Source: Octopus vulgaris
Lineage: Eukaryota
Assembly: GCA_951406725.2 (NCBI GenBank)
Contig: OX597821.1
Coordinates: 93,930,001 to 93,994,000 of the forward strand
DNA: 64,000 nucleotides
Direction: 5' to 3'
Shown: piece after piece, positions 60,701 to 64,000 of the stretch
Layout of the letters: every line of letters begins with the position of its first letter
How positions within the stretch are numbered: position 1 is the first letter of the stretch
The notes under the pieces: model-generated
What the model saw: only the letters and a program-made list of their open reading frames with translations
The model's database searches: none
What the model was told of the DNA's origin: nothing
Position numbers and translations under genes: made by a program

Positions 60701-63700
60701 AATATCTTCTAATATATTTCTATAAAGAATGAATTAACTTAAGTATACTTCTGTGTGTGTTTGTGTTTCTTTGTGTGTGTATACGTTTTTACTTTATATG
60801 TATCCGTATGTAATATAGGACACATAAATTTCTTGGTAGTGTTTATTCTTTTATTTTCTTTCTTTCATTTTTTCATTTTATACTACATTATTAGTCGTTC
60901 TCCAAGGTGTAGAATGGTCTTTCAGTTTATAGTAGAAGAAATCTAACTTCATACAGAATTCTAATATTTCTTTGATAGGACAGAAAAGCCCTATATTTTA
61001 GAGGAAGTATAATGCAAATTATTTCATTCATACTTTTCCCAATAGCATTAAATAAAGCAGTTAAGTGGAATTACCTCAATAAGAACGAAACACATCATGG
61101 TCTTGGCTTGTGGTAAACTTAACCTTTGCTTTACTGCCCCTTTTTTGTTTAATTAAACACGAAGTTAACTTTAGTGTATAGAAGGGATATGTTTAATTGA
61201 AATGGTACTTTCAAGGCAGGATCACTCTCTGTAAGGTTTTAACTGAGGCAGTGAAGTGTAAAGCTAGATACCATATGTTTTGTATTTCATTTTCTTTTAG
61301 TCCTTTCAGGTGTAAACTATATTTAGCAGTCTTTAAGTACAAATTTAACATTCGAAACTGCTTCAGGCTTGAGCTATAAAGATGAAAAGAACAAATAGTT
61401 AGTGCTGTAAAATCTATTGAGTAATACTTTCTATTGGAATATGGTTGAATACATTGCTGATTTCTATCAGCATGGAACCATGGGTTCCAGAAAGTCAACA
61501 CACACACAGGCATGCATGCATGCACATGCAAATATATGGTGTTTGTGATATTTTCCAGATATCTTGTACTGTGGGACACTCCATTCAACTGTGACTGGGA
61601 ATCACTGTGAGTTTGGTATCTTCTCATGATATCACTCCTCCCAGCAAGGAAAAAATGTTTGGTTTGTTTTGATCCTTTTTGTAATATATTTGCTCTCTCT
61701 ACCACCCATGCAGCAACAGTTTTCTTTTACTACTCATGAGGATGTGTTCTTTGCTCAAAACTTGGCTCAAACTAGTCAGTAAATTTAACTAGACTTTGTA
61801 TATTTATCTACTTAGGAAACTGACTCATTTTACACCTTTGACATTATTTTACATCACTAACCTCGTGTTCATCTTTACATTTACTCATTTGACTTGTTTT
61901 GTTGTGTTTTTTTTTTTATTATTATTTTTTAAAAATTTTATGATTTCCAAATATAGATTGCTTTGCTATTTTGTTTAATTTTGGTTACTTTTCTTAATTT
62001 ACTTTTCCCAATAACTTTGATTTTCAATTTAAAAAATTCAAATATTAATTCCTTCTGACTCTCTATCAACTCTGCTGTTTATCAGTATGTCTGTGTACTG
62101 TCAAAATACCGGCTTTGTTTTTCTCTATGTTGCTTTCACTGTTAGAAGAAATATTGTGGCAAAGTCATTCATTCAGTCAGTTTGTTGTTAAGCAAAAGTT
62201 GGCTTATTGTGTTTTTGTCTATTGAAAGTGTTATTAAATTATTGGAAACCCTTCTCTCATTTATTTTCCATTGAGTAATTATTTGTATCTTTAGTTTTTT
62301 CTCACACCCCACTTTCTTTCTCTTGTTCTCGTTTTGCTTTGGTTTTTTTTTTTTTTTTTTTTTTGAGATTCCTCCCACTCTTTTAATATCTGGTGAGATA
62401 CCAATATTTTTATAGAATTTCTCTCTTGCAGTTCTCTTCACTCTTCTGTTAGAATCTAAACTTTTTCATTTGTTTTTGTCTAAGACAAATATTTATTAGG
62501 TCAGTGTAAGCTGATTGAAACAAAACTCCTAGTATATCATTGGTACTAATATTTCAATATTTCACCAAGTGCTTGACTAAATACATTGCAATATTCAGTT
62601 TTGTCACACTTGGTTCCAAATTTAAATATCCTGTCATGAAATTTAACTTTTATCAATTGGGCTCAATAAACATGAATTAGCAGAGTTATTAGAGCATTGG
62701 ACAGAATATCTCCCTGTATTTGTTCCAACTGTCTACATTCTGAGTTCAAGTCCCGCTGAGATCAACTTTGTCTTTCATCCTTTCAGGGTTTAAAAAAAAA
62801 AAGACCAATCCAAAGTAATGGATTAGCAGAACTTGAAAAGTGTCAAACTTGATGCTTCTCTGTATTTGTTCTGGCTCGTGGCTTTCTGAGTTCAAATCCC
62901 AATGTGCCCCGTCTGGGTGGTAGTCTTAATCCATCTTCCCAGTTTAAAACCATCACATGGTGTCTTTGGTGCCTTTAGCAGAATCCACTCTGCTACAAGC
63001 ATTTGGACCATGTCTCCTGTCTGAGTATCTTTTGTCTTACTGGTCTTAGAGGCTCTGTTAGACCCATGGGCACTGCTTCCCCTCCTGCCTAAAAGGTTAA
63101 AAAAAAAAGTACCAGTGATATACTACAATTAAAAGTCAATCACACCCTTCTCTCTTACCATAAATGACCTTGTGATTAGGTGCAAAATTATTAGCAGGAT
63201 TTTCTGCAGTATTACATTTTGGGTTCTTCAATCTCTCAAAACTGTTCCAAAATATGATGTCCTGGATGTTGATGTTTTCTAGGCATGCACCATTTTATCT
63301 GCCAGAATGTAAATTTTGAGGTGTTTTTTATTTGTTTGGGCTTTTCTTTTAAGGTCTTTTCCTCCCCCTCCATCTCAACTCCTTAATAGTGTTTAAATAG
63401 TATTTTAGAAAAGTTGTGGGCCTCAAATCATTCTATAGTTGTTTTGTGTCTTGAAGAGTCTCTGTTGGTGTCATTCATGCAATGTTTGGATAATTTTACT
63501 TACGCTTCTTAGAAGTTTAGTAAAGAAATTTGAAGTACTTTTATAGATGGTGTCACTGGTAAGTAAGTCCATGATGATTTAAAGCCATAGACTGGCTTTG
63601 ATACTCCTAGTTTAGATGATTTCAGTTAAATAGGAACAGCATAAATGTTGCAACTTGTCTATCTTACAATCTTCCTTTTAGATATATTTCCTAGAATTCC

Positions 63701-64000
63701 TCACATAGGACTTACATTGAATGAAACCAGAGAGAGAGAGAGAGAAAGATATCTGTATACATATTTTCATATTGAAGGACTATGACCAGTACTGAGATCC
63801 TGTTCCTGTACTGAAACAGAACTATATAATTCAGGCATAGAAATGGAGAAAATGGTGATGATGACAAGGAATAACTGGTACCCCATCAGTTACAACGATG
63901 AGGGTTCCAGCTGATCCGATCAATAGAACAGCCTGCTTGTGAAATTAACATGAATATGGCACTCGACACGTACATGTACCCTTAATGTGGGTCTCAGAGA

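Noticed and set aside
61211-61705. 164-aa minus-strand ORF
   Set aside because: Non-ATG start, no recognisable motif, includes low-complexity translation; likely chance.

Overview
Eukaryotic, AT-rich, repeat-dense genomic DNA. The repeat landscape suggests an octopus or other coleoid cephalopod (inference). The window lies inside one large + strand gene, a DOCK-C family (DOCK6/7/8, DOCK7-like) Rho-family GEF. I traced 25 GT-AG exons from 446 to 56193 (3634 nt, phases consistent, about 1211 codons), covering the N-terminal region, the DHR-1 C2 domain and the central helical region; the first exons and DHR-2 lie outside the window. The introns carry four tRNA-derived SINE families, 5'-truncated RTE and CR1-type LINEs, piggyBac-like and hAT-like MITEs, a decayed mariner, a non-autonomous Helitron, many microsatellites and a solitary full-length 5S rRNA copy. 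The most striking unannotated signal is a set of minimal type I hammerhead ribozyme motifs from at least five unrelated Penelope-like element remnants, mostly next to (TA)n tracts. They include core variants (G3-C8 swap, A6U). Two sit in near-perfect 140-bp and 174-bp palindromes, and the free-standing complete motifs are all antisense to the host gene. Candidate cassette or micro-exons and inverted SINE pairs (possible dsRNA or circRNA substrates) are also noted. Exon coordinates were read base by base; repeat boundaries without a target-site duplication (TSD) are approximate.
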